Of a DNA stretch of 64,000 bases, positions 12,990-26,182 are shown piece by piece. The notes under the pieces are model-generated. The model worked only from the letters and a program-made list of their open reading frames with translations, searched no databases and was not told where the DNA came from. The position numbers and the translations under genes were made by a program. Source of the DNA: Mobula hypostoma (Eukaryota); assembly GCF_963921235.1 (NCBI RefSeq), contig NC_086097.1:105774001-105838000 (forward strand), in the 5' to 3' direction. The first letter of the stretch is position 1; every line of letters starts with the position of its first letter.

Positions 12990-13239
12990 GTATACACTGG
13001 ATGAATTCCTCCTTCCATAATTATTAGAAACTAATACACATTTACAGTAGTGTAGTAGCATTTGTAGTGTTACAATTTGTTCTGTATTTCATTGAAAAAT
13101 ATAATTTATTACCAGTTAAACAGTAGTTTGCCATTTTTATCTATTTCCATAAAACTTTGGCTAATTGGAGCAGAAGTTTATTTATTTGGGACAAAATGTG
13201 CTTGTCCCCATGTGTCCCAATTAACCGGAATCCACTGTA
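12990..13239. mobile_element. Tc1/mariner (Tigger/pogo-like) DNA transposon end
   Basis: gtgtcccaattaaccggaatccactg|ta at 13212-13239 is the reverse complement of TA-CAGTGGATTCCGGTTAATTGGGACAC, a Tigger-style TIR plus TA. The matching left TIR is not seen. Confidence 0.5.
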
Positions 13240-13683
13240 TATTATAAAGAGCAGAGGGTCCCAGTACAGATCCCTGTGGAACACCACGAATCACAGTTGT
13301 CCAGCCAGAATAAATCCCTTTGACCACTATCTTCTGTCTTCTGTGTGCAAGCGAGTTCTGAATCCAAACAGTCCATGCATCCTAATCTTCTGGATGAGCC
13401 TCCCATGAGAGGGCTTGTCTTACTAAAATGCACGAGGACATCATCCATATCCTTTCCTTCATCAATCACCCTCATCAACTCATCAAAAACTACAATCAGG
13501 TTAGCAGGACACAACTTGCCCCAGGACATTATTGCAGTGTCCTAGGACCAGTGACCCTCATCAGCGGCTGTGCTCCACCATGTGATCAGGAGTGGGGATG
13601 CTCACTGATGATTGCATTTGCAGCATCTTAACAAGGGAACCAGTCCATGCTGCAGGTAACAAGACCTTGAAGCCTTGTTCTAA

Positions 13684-16024
13684 GATGGATTCTTAGAACA
13701 GCTTGTACTGGAGCCTACCAGAGAGAATGCAATTCTAGATTTAGTATTGTGCAATAAACCGGATTTGATCAGGGACCATTTGATCAGGTAAAGGAGCCAT
13801 TAGGAGGTAGTGACCATAATATGATAAGTTTTAATTTACAATTTGAGAGAGAGAAGGGAAAACTCGGAAGTGTCAGTATTACAGTTGAACAAAGGGAACT
13901 ATGATGCTATGAGGGAGGAGCTGGCCAAAGTTCAATGGAACAATACCCTAGCAGGGATGACAGTGGAACAGCAATGGCAAGTGTTTCTGGGAATAATGCA
14001 GAAGATGCAGGATCAGTTCATTCCAAAGAGGAAGAAAGATCCTAAGGGGAGTAAAGGGAGGCCATGGCTGACAAGGGAAGTAAAGGACAGTATAAAAATA
14101 AAAGAGAAGAAGTATAACATAGCAAAGACGAGTGGGAAGCTGGAGGATTGGGAAACTTTTAAAGAGCAACAGAAGGTAACTAAAAAGGCAATAGGATAGT
14201 AAAAGCTTCTTTAGGTATGTGAAAAGGAAAAAAATAGTTAAGACCAAAATTGGGCCCTTGAAGACAGAAGCAGGTGAATTTATTATGGGGAACAAGGAAA
14301 TCGCAGACGAGTTGAACAGGTACTTTGGATCTGTCTTCATTAGGGGAGACACAAACAATCTTCCAGATGTAATAGTGGCCAAAGGACCTAGGGTAATGGA
14401 TGAATTGAAGGAAATTTATATTAGGCAGGAAATGGTGTTGGATAGGCTGTTGGGTCTGAAGGCTGATAAGTCCCCGGGACCTGATGGTCTGCATCCCAGG
14501 ATACTTAAGGAGGTGGCTTTAGAAATCGTAGGCGCATTGGTTATCATTTTCCAATGTTCTATAGATTCAGGATCAGTTCCTGTGGATTGGAGGGTGACTA
14601 ATGTTGTCCCTCTCTTCAAGAAGGGAGGAAGAGAGAAAACAGGGAATTATAGACGGGTTAGCCTGACTGTGGTGGGAGAGATACTGGAGTCAATTATAAA
14701 AGATGAAATTACGACACATAGCAGTAACGGGATTGGTCCCAGTTAGCATGGATTTATGAAGGGGAAATTGTGCTTGACTAATCTTCTGGAATTTTTTGAG
14801 GATGTAACTATGAAAATGGACAAGGGAGAGCCAGTGGATGTAGTGTACCTGGACTTTCAGAAAGCCTTTGATAAAGTCCCACATGGGAGATTAGTGGGCA
14901 AAATTAGGGCACATGGTATTGGGGGCAGAGTACTGACATGGATTGAAAATTGGCTGGCTGACAGAAAACAAAGAGTAGTGATTAATGGGTCCCTTTCGGA
15001 ATGGCAGGCGGTGACCAGTGGGGTACCACAGGGTTCAGTGCTGGGACCACAGCTGTTTACAATATATATCAATGATTTAGATGAGGGAATTCACAGTAAC
15101 ATTAGCAAATTTGCCGATGACACAAAGCTGGGTGGCAGTGTGAAATGTGAGGAGGATGTTATGAGAATGCAGGGTGACTTGGACGGGCTGGGTGAGTGGG
15201 CAGATGCATGGCAGATGCAGTTTAAAGTGGATAAATGTGAGGTTATCCACTTTGGTGATAAGAACGGGAAGACAGGTTATTATCTAAATGGAGTCAAGTT
15301 AGGAAAAGGGGAGGCACAATGAGATCTAGGTGTTCTTGAACATCAGTCACTGAAAGCAAGCATGCAAGTACAGCAGGCAGTGAAGAAAGCTAATGGCATG
15401 CTGGCCTTCATAACAAAGGGAATTGAGTATAAGAGCAAAGAGGTCCTTCTGCAGCTGTACAGGGCCCTGGTGAGACCACGCCTGGAGTACTGTGTGCAGT
15501 TTTGGTCTCCAAATTTGAGGAAGACATTCCTGCTATTGAGGGAGTGCAGCGTAGGTTCACAAGGTTAATTCCCGGGATGGTGGGACTGTCATATGTCGAA
15601 AGATTGGAGCCTCTGGGCTTGTATACTCTGGAATTTAGAAGGCTGAGAGGGGATCTTATTGAAACATATAAGATTATTAAGGGATTGGACACACTGGAGG
15701 CAGGAAGCATGTTCCCGCTGATGGGTGAGTCCAGAACCAGAGGCCACAGTTTAAGAATTAGGGGTAGGCCATTTACAATGGAGTTGAGGAAAAACTTTTT
15801 CACCCAGAGAATGGTGGATATATGGAATGCTCTGCCCCATAAGGTTGTGGAGGCCAAGTCTCTGGATGCTTTCAAAAAAGAAGTGGATAGAGCTCTTAAA
15901 GATAGCGGAATCAAAGGTTATGGGGATAAGGCTGATTGTGGATGATCAGCCATGATCACAGTGAATGGCAATGCTGGCTCGAAGGGCCGAATGGCCTACT
16001 CCTGCACCTATTGTCCATTGTCTA
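13684..16024 (+). mobile_element. CR1 LINE, 5'-truncated, frameshifted ORF2 (reverse transcriptase)
   Basis: Consecutive ORFs carry KADKSPGPDGLHPRILKE, VYLDFQKAFDKVPH, SGVPQGSVLGPQLF, KFADDTKLGG and KNFFTQR, followed by a CR1 3' UTR hairpin and tail. Confidence 0.95.
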
Positions 16025-18039
16025 AAGCCATTCAGTTATGGGCTAATGTGTTGCTGCTGTTACACCAGGCTGCACAGCTCCAATGAGAGATTCCAGCCAC
16101 ATATTCTTCAATTTCAGTGACGCCATCAACCGTCAGCACGCTTAAGGTCACTGCTCTGAGGACAGGCTGCACTGAACATGGAACACAGCACAGTGCAGTG
16201 AATAGGCCTTTTGACCCACCATATTCATGTTGCCAGTCTAGACTCATCCCACTTGTCTGAACTAGTCTATATCCCTCCATTTCCTGCCTGTTCATGTCTG
16301 TCCAAATGCTTCTTACATGTGGCTTTCATAGCTGCTTCCATAACACCTTGGCAACATGTTCCAGCCACCTGCTGTTCTGTGTTTAAAAAAAAGAATAACC
16401 TACAAATCTATAAGCTTTCCCTCCTCACCTCAAACCTGGGAAAATGATTAACCATTTCGCTTAGCTCTGTCTCTCATAATTTTATAAACTTCTACTAGGC
16501 TTCTAGTAGAAACTTCTAGCCCTCCAGAGAAAACAATTCAATATTCCTCTAATACTCTATAGTCTAATAGAGTGCAACTAAAGAGCTGATACTTTCTGAT
16601 CTGGTGAATCTCTCTGGCACCTTGCCTAAAGCCTCCACATCCTTATTGCAGCGGGGTATCCAGAACTGCACACAACACTCCGGGTGCGACTGAACCAATC
16701 TCTTAGACAGCTGCAAAATTACTTGTCAACTTTTATGTTCAAAGTCCCGATCAATGAGGGCAAGTATCCATATGTCAGGTCAGCCATCATCTTACCGAAT
16801 AGCAGAGCTGGATTGGCAGGCCAAGTGGCCGACTCTTGATCCGATTTCTTATGTTCTGATGTTTATCACACTTTCTATTTACATGGTGACTGTCAGGGAG
16901 CCATGGACTTGGACTCTAAGATGTCTCTGTACATCGAGGCTGTTAATGGCCCTGCAATTTACTGCATTGTTTCCCTTTTGACCTCCCAAAATACGACATC
17001 TCACATTGTCCTGATGGATGGGGTTATTTTCATTGCAGCATCCGAGGAGACTGAGGGGGACTTGACAGAGAGGAACAAAGTGACACACAACTTCGGATAA
17101 TAGGCAATATTTCCCCGTAGCAGAGGTGTGTAAGACCAGAGGCCACAGGTGGACGGGTAAAGGTACGAAGTTTTGGAGGATCTGAGGATGAGCGGTTAGC
17201 TGAAGTGTAGAACACACTGCCCGAGAGATGGTGGAGGCAGACACACAACATTTAAGTACCTGAACAAGTACTTGAATCATGACAGGCTGGTCAATGACAG
17301 AGTGTAGATGGGTGGTAACGGACGGCATAAGTCTTTCTGTGCTGTCTGACCTTCACCTGCTTTGGACCCCTCAAAGGGTAACACTGGGCAGGAGGTTGGA
17401 GGCCTTGTGGACAGGAGAGGGCAAGAGGGATCACAGGATGAAGAGTGCAACAGGGAGTGGAGAGGTACAGGAGTCTTAGGGGTAATAGGAAGTCAGAGAA
17501 GTGGGTGCTGTTAGGCAAGGGGAACAGGTTGGTGAGGGGTAACCCTCCTCCCTGCTCTGTTGCAGCCTGTTCTGGGAACTATGGGAGTCCAACAGGTTGA
17601 CTAGCTCGAGTGTAGAGAGAGTGGCTGTCCTTCAGCTCCTCATGCTTGTGACTGTGGTCCTTCCTTTCACTGTCCCTGATATTCCCCTCAACCTGTGACT
17701 GTGATGTTCTGCCAAATCAGCCTGACGAAGAGTTGATTTGAATGAAGAAGAGCAGCTGAAACAGGGTGGGGTGGGAGTCTGAGGGACCGCTCCCTGTCTA
17801 ATACTATTGCAACTGTTCATGATCAAAAGGCCCAAACGCCCCAGTTTTGCAGGATTTCTACAAGAAGGAACATGCAGACAATCTCTGAAATCCTATCATT
17901 TTTATGAGTTCGGCGAAGATGAGCCAGCTGCCACTAATCTTCAACACCCATCCTGGACCTCAAGGTCCAACCCCCCAATTGCCTGCTCCCTCCCCTCAAA
18001 CTGGCCCAACTCAACACCAACTTCATCTGGTGGTTTCCA

Positions 18040-18600
18040 GCGATGGGTGGAGCCTACATCCCCTCCCCTCCCCTCACAAAAACACACCTCATACCCACCC
18101 TACACCTCTCCCCATCACCCACTCAAGTCCCCACCCTACACCCCTCCCCATCACCCACGCACCTCCCTCACATCCCCACCCTTACTCCTTTCACCTCATG
18201 TCAGTCCGCTTTTGCACTGTCACCCTTCCATCTCACACCCTCCCCTCCCCACCCAGCACAGCACTCACCCCTCCCTCCCTCCCCGCAGAGTTGCAGATCC
18301 CCCGCTGGCGCCGCGGCTGAAGCAGTAACAGGGATCGCAGCAGCTTCTAGTGAGGGCGCCGCCCGGAGCCAGACCATCCCAGCCGGAAAGGACCCAGAGC
18401 GGAATCAGGCGCAGCGAGGGAAAGAGCTGGATCAGGGGCCGACCGAGACCGAGACCGGGACCCGGACTCGGACACGATGCTGCCTCTCCAGCCGTTGCCA
18501 GTCGTGCTGCTGCTGACTTGGGTGCCCGCGTCTTTGGTGAGTACGAAACTGCCGCTAGTTCAGGTCGGGAAGGGGGGAGGGGAGGGGAGGGGTAATCCCG
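18040..18600 (+). promoter_or_regulatory. Promoter-like region / small CpG island
   Basis: A C-rich tract with CCCTCCCC boxes (18040-18290) is followed by CpG-dense, non-repeat sequence (18285-18600) in otherwise CpG-depleted DNA. It encloses a signal-peptide exon. Confidence 0.65.
18477..18536 (+). CDS. First coding exon (signal peptide) of a secreted protein, probably papilin
   Basis: acgATGC start with A at -3. Translates MLPLQPLPVVLLLTWVPASL, followed by a phase-0 donor TTG|gtgagt. It lies in a CpG island 17 kb downstream of PSEN1 on the same strand, where human has PAPLN. The identity rests on synteny only. Confidence 0.6.
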
Positions 18601-19984
18601 GGATCAGGTGTGGGTGTGAGTTTGTTGCCGAACAGTAAGGAGAGACCACTCGGCCCCTCATGACCATGCTAGTTGGGGAAGCTTCCTCTGATCTTCACAG
18701 CGCTAGGTTAATCCCTGGCTTCCCCTCCTCAGGTTCACCACCACACCCCCGTAACGGGGAGAATAGGATTTACCCCTCCCGTCCCTCACCTTCCTCGCTC
18801 TATCACTGTAAATCTATGCTCATGGTATCTGATTTCATTGTCTCAGACCCTCATTTTAAACACCCACTCCCCTCCCCTGTTCCATAGGAAATAACCTCAG
18901 TCCATCCAAAAGTCAGGCTTCACCTGTAGGGAGGGAATGAGTTAATGTCAGTCACTTAAGATCACGGTCTCACCACACCGAATCAGGCCCTTTTTAGCCC
19001 ACGTTGTCCAGGGCAACCATCAAATACCCATCCTATTCCCATGGTTATGTCCCTATCTGCCATGTCTCAGCAATTTTAGTGCTTGTCTCCATACTTGTGG
19101 TGAGAGTCTCCCTCTCTCCCTCCACTACCTTCTCAGCTGGTGTATTTCTGATTCCAAACCTGTCTGGGGCAAAAATTCCCCTCAAATCCCCTCTATACAG
19201 AGAAACATAGAAAATCTACAGCACATTACAGGCCCTTCAGCCCACGTTGTTGTGCTGACCATATAACCTATGTTTCAACTCCAGTTTCAGACATCTACCT
19301 TTGGGTAAAGTTTCTTACCTTCAGCCTCTATCAGTCTCCTACATTCCAAGGAGAACTGACCTAGCCTCTTCTCATCTCAGGTAACATCCCAGTGAATCTC
19401 CTTTGCACCATCTGCAATGTAGCCATGTCTGTCTAGTTCCATGCTGAACGGAACTGCAAATGAAGGCTTGCCAGAGATGTAATCGAGATGCTGCAAAGCA
19501 GGTGGATGCAGAAAAATAGAGACTTTTCTGTGACAGGAGGTCGGAGGAGCAGAGGTATCGAGAAGGAGTTTGGGTGAAGGGGAATTGTGGTGGAAGTGAT
19601 TCAGAGGGAAGTTGGAGATGTGCTGGGACATCTTTCAGGCTCTTAGGACAAAGTGTGGAAGTGGGGTTGGGGGGATCTTGCAGGCTGTTAGGGTGAAGAG
19701 GAGAGAGTTACTGCGAACAGGAAGGTAGCAGCACTGGGGAGGAGGTGAACAGGAGCAGGCAAAGGAAGAAGCGGCTGTATACAGTGGAGATCAAGGAGAT
19801 TAGAGAGCTCATAGAATCACACAGCACATAATTAAGCCCTTCAGCCGGCCGATGTCCATGCTGGCCATCAAGCACCCTCCTGCACCCATCTCATTTGGTC
19901 ATTTATATGAGACAGGGCAGCGATGGGAGGCACATGCCTGGCAGTGTTGAGCATTTTGGTAGGTAGCTGGCGACCCTTTGCTGA

Positions 19985-20715
19985 GTAACAATGGGGACCC
20001 AAGTTCAGAGCTCTGTGAAAGTGTCTGCACTGATGGCTAAGAAGGCTTGCCTGTATTAGGCGAGGTATTGAGCTCAAAAAGGTCAGGAAGTTGTGTTGTG
20101 CTTTATACAACTCTCGCTGGGCTGCATCTGGAGTATTGCATACAGTTCTGGTCACCCTTTTATAAGAAGGATGTCAAGGCCTTGGAGAGGATACAGAAGA
20201 ATTTACCAATATGTTGCCTGGATTAGAGGCCACGTGCTATAGCGAGAGGTTAGACAAACTTGGGTTGTTTCCCTTGGAGCGGCGGAGCTGAGGGGAGAGC
20301 TGATAGAGGTTTATTGGATTATGAGAGGCATAGATATAGACGGACGGTATTTTTTCTCTCGGGTCAAGTGTGTAATAGCAGGGAGCATACATATAAGGTG
20401 AGGGGGGTAATTTCAAAGGAGTTGTGAGGGGCAAGTTGTTTTTACACAGAATGGTGGATGCCTGGAATGTGTTCCTGGGGTGGGGTAGAGGCAGATACAT
20501 TCGGGACTTTTAAGAGACGTTATGACAGGCACATGAATGTGAGGAATTTGGACAGATATGGATGTTGTGTCGGCTGAAGGAACTAGTTTAGTTGACCATT
20601 TGATCATTAATTGAATTGGTTTGCCACAACATTCTGGCCTGAGGGGCCTGTTCCTGTTCCTGTGCTGGATCATTCTGGCCTGAAGGGGCCTGTTTCTGTA
20701 TCACTCCATGTTCTA
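19985..20715 (+). mobile_element. CR1 LINE 3' fragment
   Basis: LEYCIQFWSP, ERLDKLGLFPLERRS and FFTQ-like motifs. The 3' hairpin region is locally duplicated at 20630-20700. Confidence 0.8.
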
Positions 20716-21210
20716 AAGTTGGAGAAAATGGACAGATAAACCTTAGCCTCCAACTTTGTCAGGAGCTGGGAGTGTGGTTTGTGAAATGGCCAAGGGAAAT
20801 TTTGGCAAGTGTCCAGGTACTGTGATGGCTGCAGTCAACGTGGTTGTGTTTGTTAACTGAAAGGGTTGGGCTAAATGTCTTGGGCAGAAACTACTGTCAT
20901 AACACAATCAAGAACAGCAGGTGTGGGATTGCTCTGTGCAATTTGCAGCAACACCAGGGAACTGAGGGAGTATGAAATAAGTCAGAGCAAGGGTGTGATT
21001 TTGGTGCAAGCCCTTACTCAGGAGGCAGATGTTGGTGAAGAATTTGACATGATGCAATGTGAATGAGTCCACAGATGAGAGCCTATTTCCTTACCATGTT
21101 GAGGGGGTTGTGTACGCACAGCCTACACATCAGAAGAGAATACAATACTGTAATCACCAATATTGATCCCAACAGAAAAATGGTCTAACTGGGCAATTGG
21201 GCTGTACTGA

Positions 21211-21625
21211 ACATAGAGACACAGAAATCTACAGCACATTACAGCCCTTTGGCCCTCAATGTTGTGCCGACCATGTAACCTACTCTAGAAACTGCCTAGA
21301 ATTTCCCTACAGCATAACCCTCTATTTTTCTCAGCTCTATGTACCTATCTAAGAGTCTCTTAAAAGACCCTATTGTATCTGCCTCTACCACTGTCACTGG
21401 CAGTGCATTCCACGCACTCACCTCCTTCTGTGTGAAAAACTTACCTCTGACATCCCCCTTGTACCTACTTCCAAACACCTTAAAACTGTGCCCCCTCGTG
21501 CTAGCCATTTCAGCCCTTGGAAAAGCCTCTGACTATCCACACGATCAATGCCTCTCATTATCTTATACACCTCTATCAGCTCACCTCTCATCCTCCGTCG
21601 CTCCAAGGAGAAAAGGCTGAGTTCA
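21211..21625 (-). mobile_element. CR1 LINE 3' fragment
   Basis: Tail acatagagacacagaaatctacagcac and motif TRGHSFKV...GKFFTQKEVSAWNALP. Confidence 0.85.
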
Positions 21626-23285
21626 CTCCATAGAACCATAGAACACTACAGCACAGAAAACAGGCCATTTGGCCCTTCTAGTCTGTGCCAAAACTTTATT
21701 CCGCTAGTCCCATTGACCTGCACGCAGTCCATAACCCTCCAGACCTCTCCCATCCATGTATCTATCCAATTTATTCTTAAACCTTAAGAGTGAGTCCACA
21801 TTTACCACATCAGATGGCAGCTTGTTCCACACTCCCACCACTCTCTGAGTGAAGAAGTTCCCCCTAATGTTCCCCCTAAACCTTTCTCCTTTCACCCTAA
21901 AGCAATGTCCTCTTGTATTTATCTCTCCTAATCTAAGTGGAAAGAGCCTATTCACATTTACTCTGTCTATACCCTCATAATTTTGTAAACCTCTGTCAAA
22001 TCTCCCCACATTCTTCTACACTCCAAGGAATAAAGTCCTAACCTGTTCAATCTTTCCCTGTAACTCAACTCCTGAAGACCCAGCAACATCCTGGTAAATC
22101 TTCTCTGCACTCTTTCAATCTTACTGCACACAATACTCCAAATTTGGCCTCACCAATGTTTTGTACAACCTCACATTAACACCCCAACTCCTATACTCAA
22201 TACTTTGATTTATGAATGCCAGGATGCCAAAAGCCTTCTTTACAACTCTGTCTACCTGTGACGCCACTAATTCAGAATTGCAGAACGCAGTTCAGAATTA
22301 TGTATCTGAACTCCCAGATCCCTTTGTTCCTCCGCACTCCTCAGTGCCCTACCATTTATTGTGTATGTCCTACCTTGATTTGTCCTTCCAAATTGCAACA
22401 CCTCACACTTGTCTGCATTAAATTCCATCTGCCATTTTCTGGCCCATTTTTCCAGTTGGTCCAGATCCCTCTGCAAGCTTTGAAAGCCTTCCTCGCTGTC
22501 CACAACGCCTCCAATCTTAGTGTCATCAGCAAACTTGCTGATCCAATTTACCACATTATCATCTAGATCATTGATATAGACAACAAACAACAATGGTCCC
22601 AGCACAGATCCCTGAGGCACACCACTAGTCACAGGCCTCCAGTTTGAGAAGCAATCATCCACTACCAGTCCCTGTCTTCTCCCACACAGCCAATTTTGAA
22701 TCCAGTTTACAACCTCTCCATGGATACCTAGTGTCTGAACCTTCTGAACTAACCTCCCATGTGGGACCTTGTCAAAGGCCTTACTAAAGTCCATGTAGAC
22801 AACATCCACTGCCTTTCCTTCATCTACTTTCTTGGTAACCTCCTCAAAAAACTCTACAAGATTTGTTAAACATGATCTACCACGCACAAAGCCATGCTGG
22901 CTATCCTTATTCAGCCCTTGGCTGTCCAAATACTTGTATATCCGATCTCTCAGAACACCTTCCAATAATTTACCTACCACTGATGTCAGGCTCACTGGCC
23001 TGTAATTACCTGGTTTACTTTTGGAGCCTTTTTTAAACAACGGAACAACATGAGCTAACCTCCAAACCTCCGGCACCGCACCCATGGCTAAGGACATTTT
23101 AAATTTTTCTGCCAGGGCCCCTGCAATTTCCACACTAGTCTCTCTCAAGGTCCGAGGAAATATCATGTCAGGCCCGGGGGATTTATCTACCTTTATTTGC
23201 TGTAAAGCAGCAAGCACCTCCTCCTCTTTAATCTCTATATGTTCCATGACACTACTGCTTGTTTCCCTTCCTTCCATATATGCTA

Positions 23286-23523
23286 ACAACAGGAATTCTG
23301 CAGATGCTGGAAATTCAAGCAACACACATCAAAGTTGCTGGTGAATGCAGCAGGCCAGGCAGCATCTCTAGGAAGAGGTACAGTCGACGTTTCAGGCCGA
23401 GACCCTTCATCAGGTTCGTTGGTCGAGTCCTGACGAAGGGTCTCGGCCTGAAACGTCGACTGTACCTCTTCCTAGAGATGCTGCCTGGTCTGCTGCGTTC
23501 ACCAGCAACTTTGATGTGTGTTG
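23286..23523. mobile_element. Penelope-like element remnant: two inverted pLTR ends with 15-bp TSD
   Basis: Arms 23320-23414 and 23429-23523 are near-perfect inverted repeats. The left arm has an extra ~34-nt tail. cttccatatatgcta occurs at 23271-23285 and 23524-23538. Confidence 0.8.
23426..23461 (+). ncRNA. Minimal type I hammerhead ribozyme
   Basis: AGUC-CUGACGA-AGG(gucucgg)CCU-GAAA-CG-UC-GACU. Stem I is AGUC/GACU, the catalytic core is complete, stem II is 3 bp, and palindromic ACGU replaces stem III. Confidence 0.75.
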
Positions 23524-25089
23524 CTTCCATATATGCTATGCCAGTTTCCTGGGTAAATACTGATGCAAAAAAACTGTTAAGATCTCCCCCATCTCGTGAG
23601 GCTCCACACATAGATGACCACTCTGATCTTCTAGGGGACCAATTTTGTCCCTTACTATCCTTTTACTTTTAATATACTTGTAGAAAACTTTCGGGTTTAA
23701 CTTCACATTATCTGCCAAAGTAACCTCATGTCTTCTTTTTGCCTTCCTGATTTCCTTCTTTAGTAATTTCTTACATTTTCTATACTCTTCAAGTACATCA
23801 TTTGTTCATTGTTGCCTATACCTGCTATACACCTCTCTGTTTTTCTTAACCAGATCACCAATATCCCTCGAAAACCAAGGTTCCCTATGTCTGTTGACTT
23901 TGCCTTTAATCCTGGCAGGAACATGCAAACTCTGCACTCTCAAAATTTTGCCTTTGAAGACCTTCCATTTACTGAACACACCCTTGCCAGAAAACAACTT
24001 ATCCCAATCCACTCTTCCTAGATCCTTTCTCATTTCCACAAAATTGGTCCTTCTCCAATTTAGAACCTCAACTTGAGGACCTGACCTATCCTTATCCTCA
24101 ACTGTATTGGTCTCTGCCTTTCCTTTGGATTCAATCAGCTGCATGGAGAGGGAGAGCCTACTACGTGGGCAACAACTTGCTCTCCATGTCATACGGCCCA
24201 GGCTTGCGTACAGGCTGGCATATCAGGTAGTCAGCTGAAATGCGACCTCCATGGTTGACCTTGACCAACGCAGGGCCTCAAATGGGCTGTACTTCAGATT
24301 TTGTTAGCTTCAGGGCCAGAGCTTCAGGAGTGTGACTGTGGTGACGGAAGGATTGGCAAAGTATGCCTATATTGGAACTGAAGAGGGACTTGCTCACCTT
24401 GTCCTTCTGGGTAGTAGAGATAGCCAGATCAGGAGGAAGCCCCAGTGAGCATCTAGCAGGATGCGCAGTGCAGCTGTGGAGTAGGGGTGGCGGGTAGGAG
24501 AAGTGGTGTAATGATCACACTCTCACCGAGACAGTGACGGGCTTTCTGAGGCAGTTGGGTGTGGAATCAGCTGGGGAGTAATCCAATCACTCCATATGTA
24601 TATTGCGGTTGGTTGAAAGTAGGCGCTGAGTGATTTATAGAAGGTTTGTAGTGTGTAAACTCTGGTGTGTTGTGATACCATTATCAGTGATGCACTAATC
24701 CCATTACCATCGCTGTCAGTGAGAAGAACCCACTCCAGCTGGACTTGCTGAATGAACCACTAACACTTAGGCTGCTCCAAGCCTCCAGAGAAAGGCCATG
24801 TTGAAGTGGAGATTTTCTACACAGTGCTATCCTGTGCCGAGCTGCTTGCTGGCTGGATGTTCACTGCGGAGGACTCATCCTCTGGAAGGAAGTCCAACAT
24901 AACTGAGCATGTATATATAAACCAGGAATACACTGGTAACCCATCCAAAGGACCCGTTTCCATGTGGTAAAACTCTCAGACTGTGTATTTTCCTCTATAG
25001 ATGCTGCTTGACTCAAAGAATTCCTTCAGTTTCTCCAAATATTTCTAATTAACATGTTTGGGTAGAAGTTTTTTGCTTGTTCATGAAGC

Positions 25090-25390
25090 AGTGTTGGTGA
25101 CACTTTCCCTCCTGACTCAGGAGATCAAAATCTGAATGCATTCACAGCTTGCTCCAGAGTCCTGGGCACCAAGTGCAGTGCATCCAATGGGAATCCTGCA
25201 GTGTCAGAGGCTCTGGCCTTGTAGGGACAATGACGAGGACATTGAAAGGTCCCAAAAGCAGTAGTTACAGGAGAACTGGGAAGTTTTGTAGTGAAGCTAA
25301 AGCTAATTATATCGTCACTGTTCGGTCTTGCTTTGCACAACTTGGCTGCTGGTTTCCTAGGTTACAGCAGCGATGACACTTCACAGAGTA
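25090..25390 (+). mobile_element. Ancient DeuSINE-like (SacSINE1/AmnSINE1-type) remnant
   Basis: tcttgctttgcacaacttggctgctggtttcctaggttacagcagcgatgacacttca resembles the DeuSINE 3' region. A decayed head (ctccagagtcctgggcac...ctgcagtgtcagagg) lies upstream. Confidence 0.5.
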
Positions 25391-26182
25391 GTGTCAGAAC
25401 AGGCCTTTCAGCCCGACTCGTTTGTGCCCACCACTTCCAGAACCCACTTTAGGCCTTCAGGGAGGTGGAGCTTTGCAATAAAAATACTTTGCTTGCTACC
25501 TCTCGGTGTAGGACAAAGAGAAGTTGCCCAGAAATACAAATTCTCCTTGTACCAGTCAGCAACATTATAAAAACAGTGCTTCACTCTTGCTGAAAATCAA
25601 TCCTCTTTCAATCATCATCCAGCGACTGATTTAAAAAATCACTAAATTTGCAACTTCTTTGTAGTTGTGATTTAAAAGGGTAAATGATCCTTTTCTTACA
25701 ATGGAAAGCAAACTAATGATGGCTTTGCTTTCACTGAACAATTTGAGCACTCACAATGTGCATTCCTCAGAGCCTGACATCAGGCATGTTATCGTATTTG
25801 CTCCTTCAGTGAACTTCAGAGTATCAGCATCACTTCATTCACCCACTTTAAGGCAGAGACCTTAACCCTTAAAATGCCCGAGAAGGAGGGGATTTTTACC
25901 CAGAATGTATTGATGCAGTTAGTTTTCAGGGCCAGTGTATGCTAACAGTAGACTTAGAAGTGCAGACCTGACAGATAAGCTGATTTTGGGTGGGGCTTTT
26001 GAGATATTGTTTATAATTGTCTTAGTTCCAAGGACAGACTGTGAGCATTCCATTCATTAATAAAAACATGCCATATTTATGAGTGTTCAAAAGCAAAATG
26101 CAGAAACAGACTGTATGAAGAAAACATTACCCCATGTTTCGGCACTTGTGAGGTGTGCTGTTCCCTTCTCACCAAGTTCTGT

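Larger units (their letters stand above)
21629..24100 (-). mobile_element. CR1 LINE, 5'-truncated ORF2, interrupted by a Penelope-like inverted pair
   Basis: Tail catagaaccatagaac. ORF 22267..23325 has DKSPGPD, YMDFSKAFDKVPH, GVPQGSVLGP and KFADDTK. Upstream ORF2 pieces extend to about 24100. Confidence 0.95.

Noticed and set aside
13843..15945. Active reverse transcriptase gene
   Set aside because: Multiple stops and frameshifts with 5' truncation; a dead CR1 copy. The same applies to 22267-23325 and 60120-60746.
17807..18516. Pro/His/Ser-rich ORFs of 138-173 aa
   Set aside because: A by-product of the C-rich promoter-like tract; three overlapping frames are open.
24460..24510. QCSCGVGVAGRRS as a papilin thrombospondin-1 exon
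   Set aside because: It lacks the W..W and CSRT/SC pattern and a convincing acceptor, and it sits in decayed repeat-like sequence.
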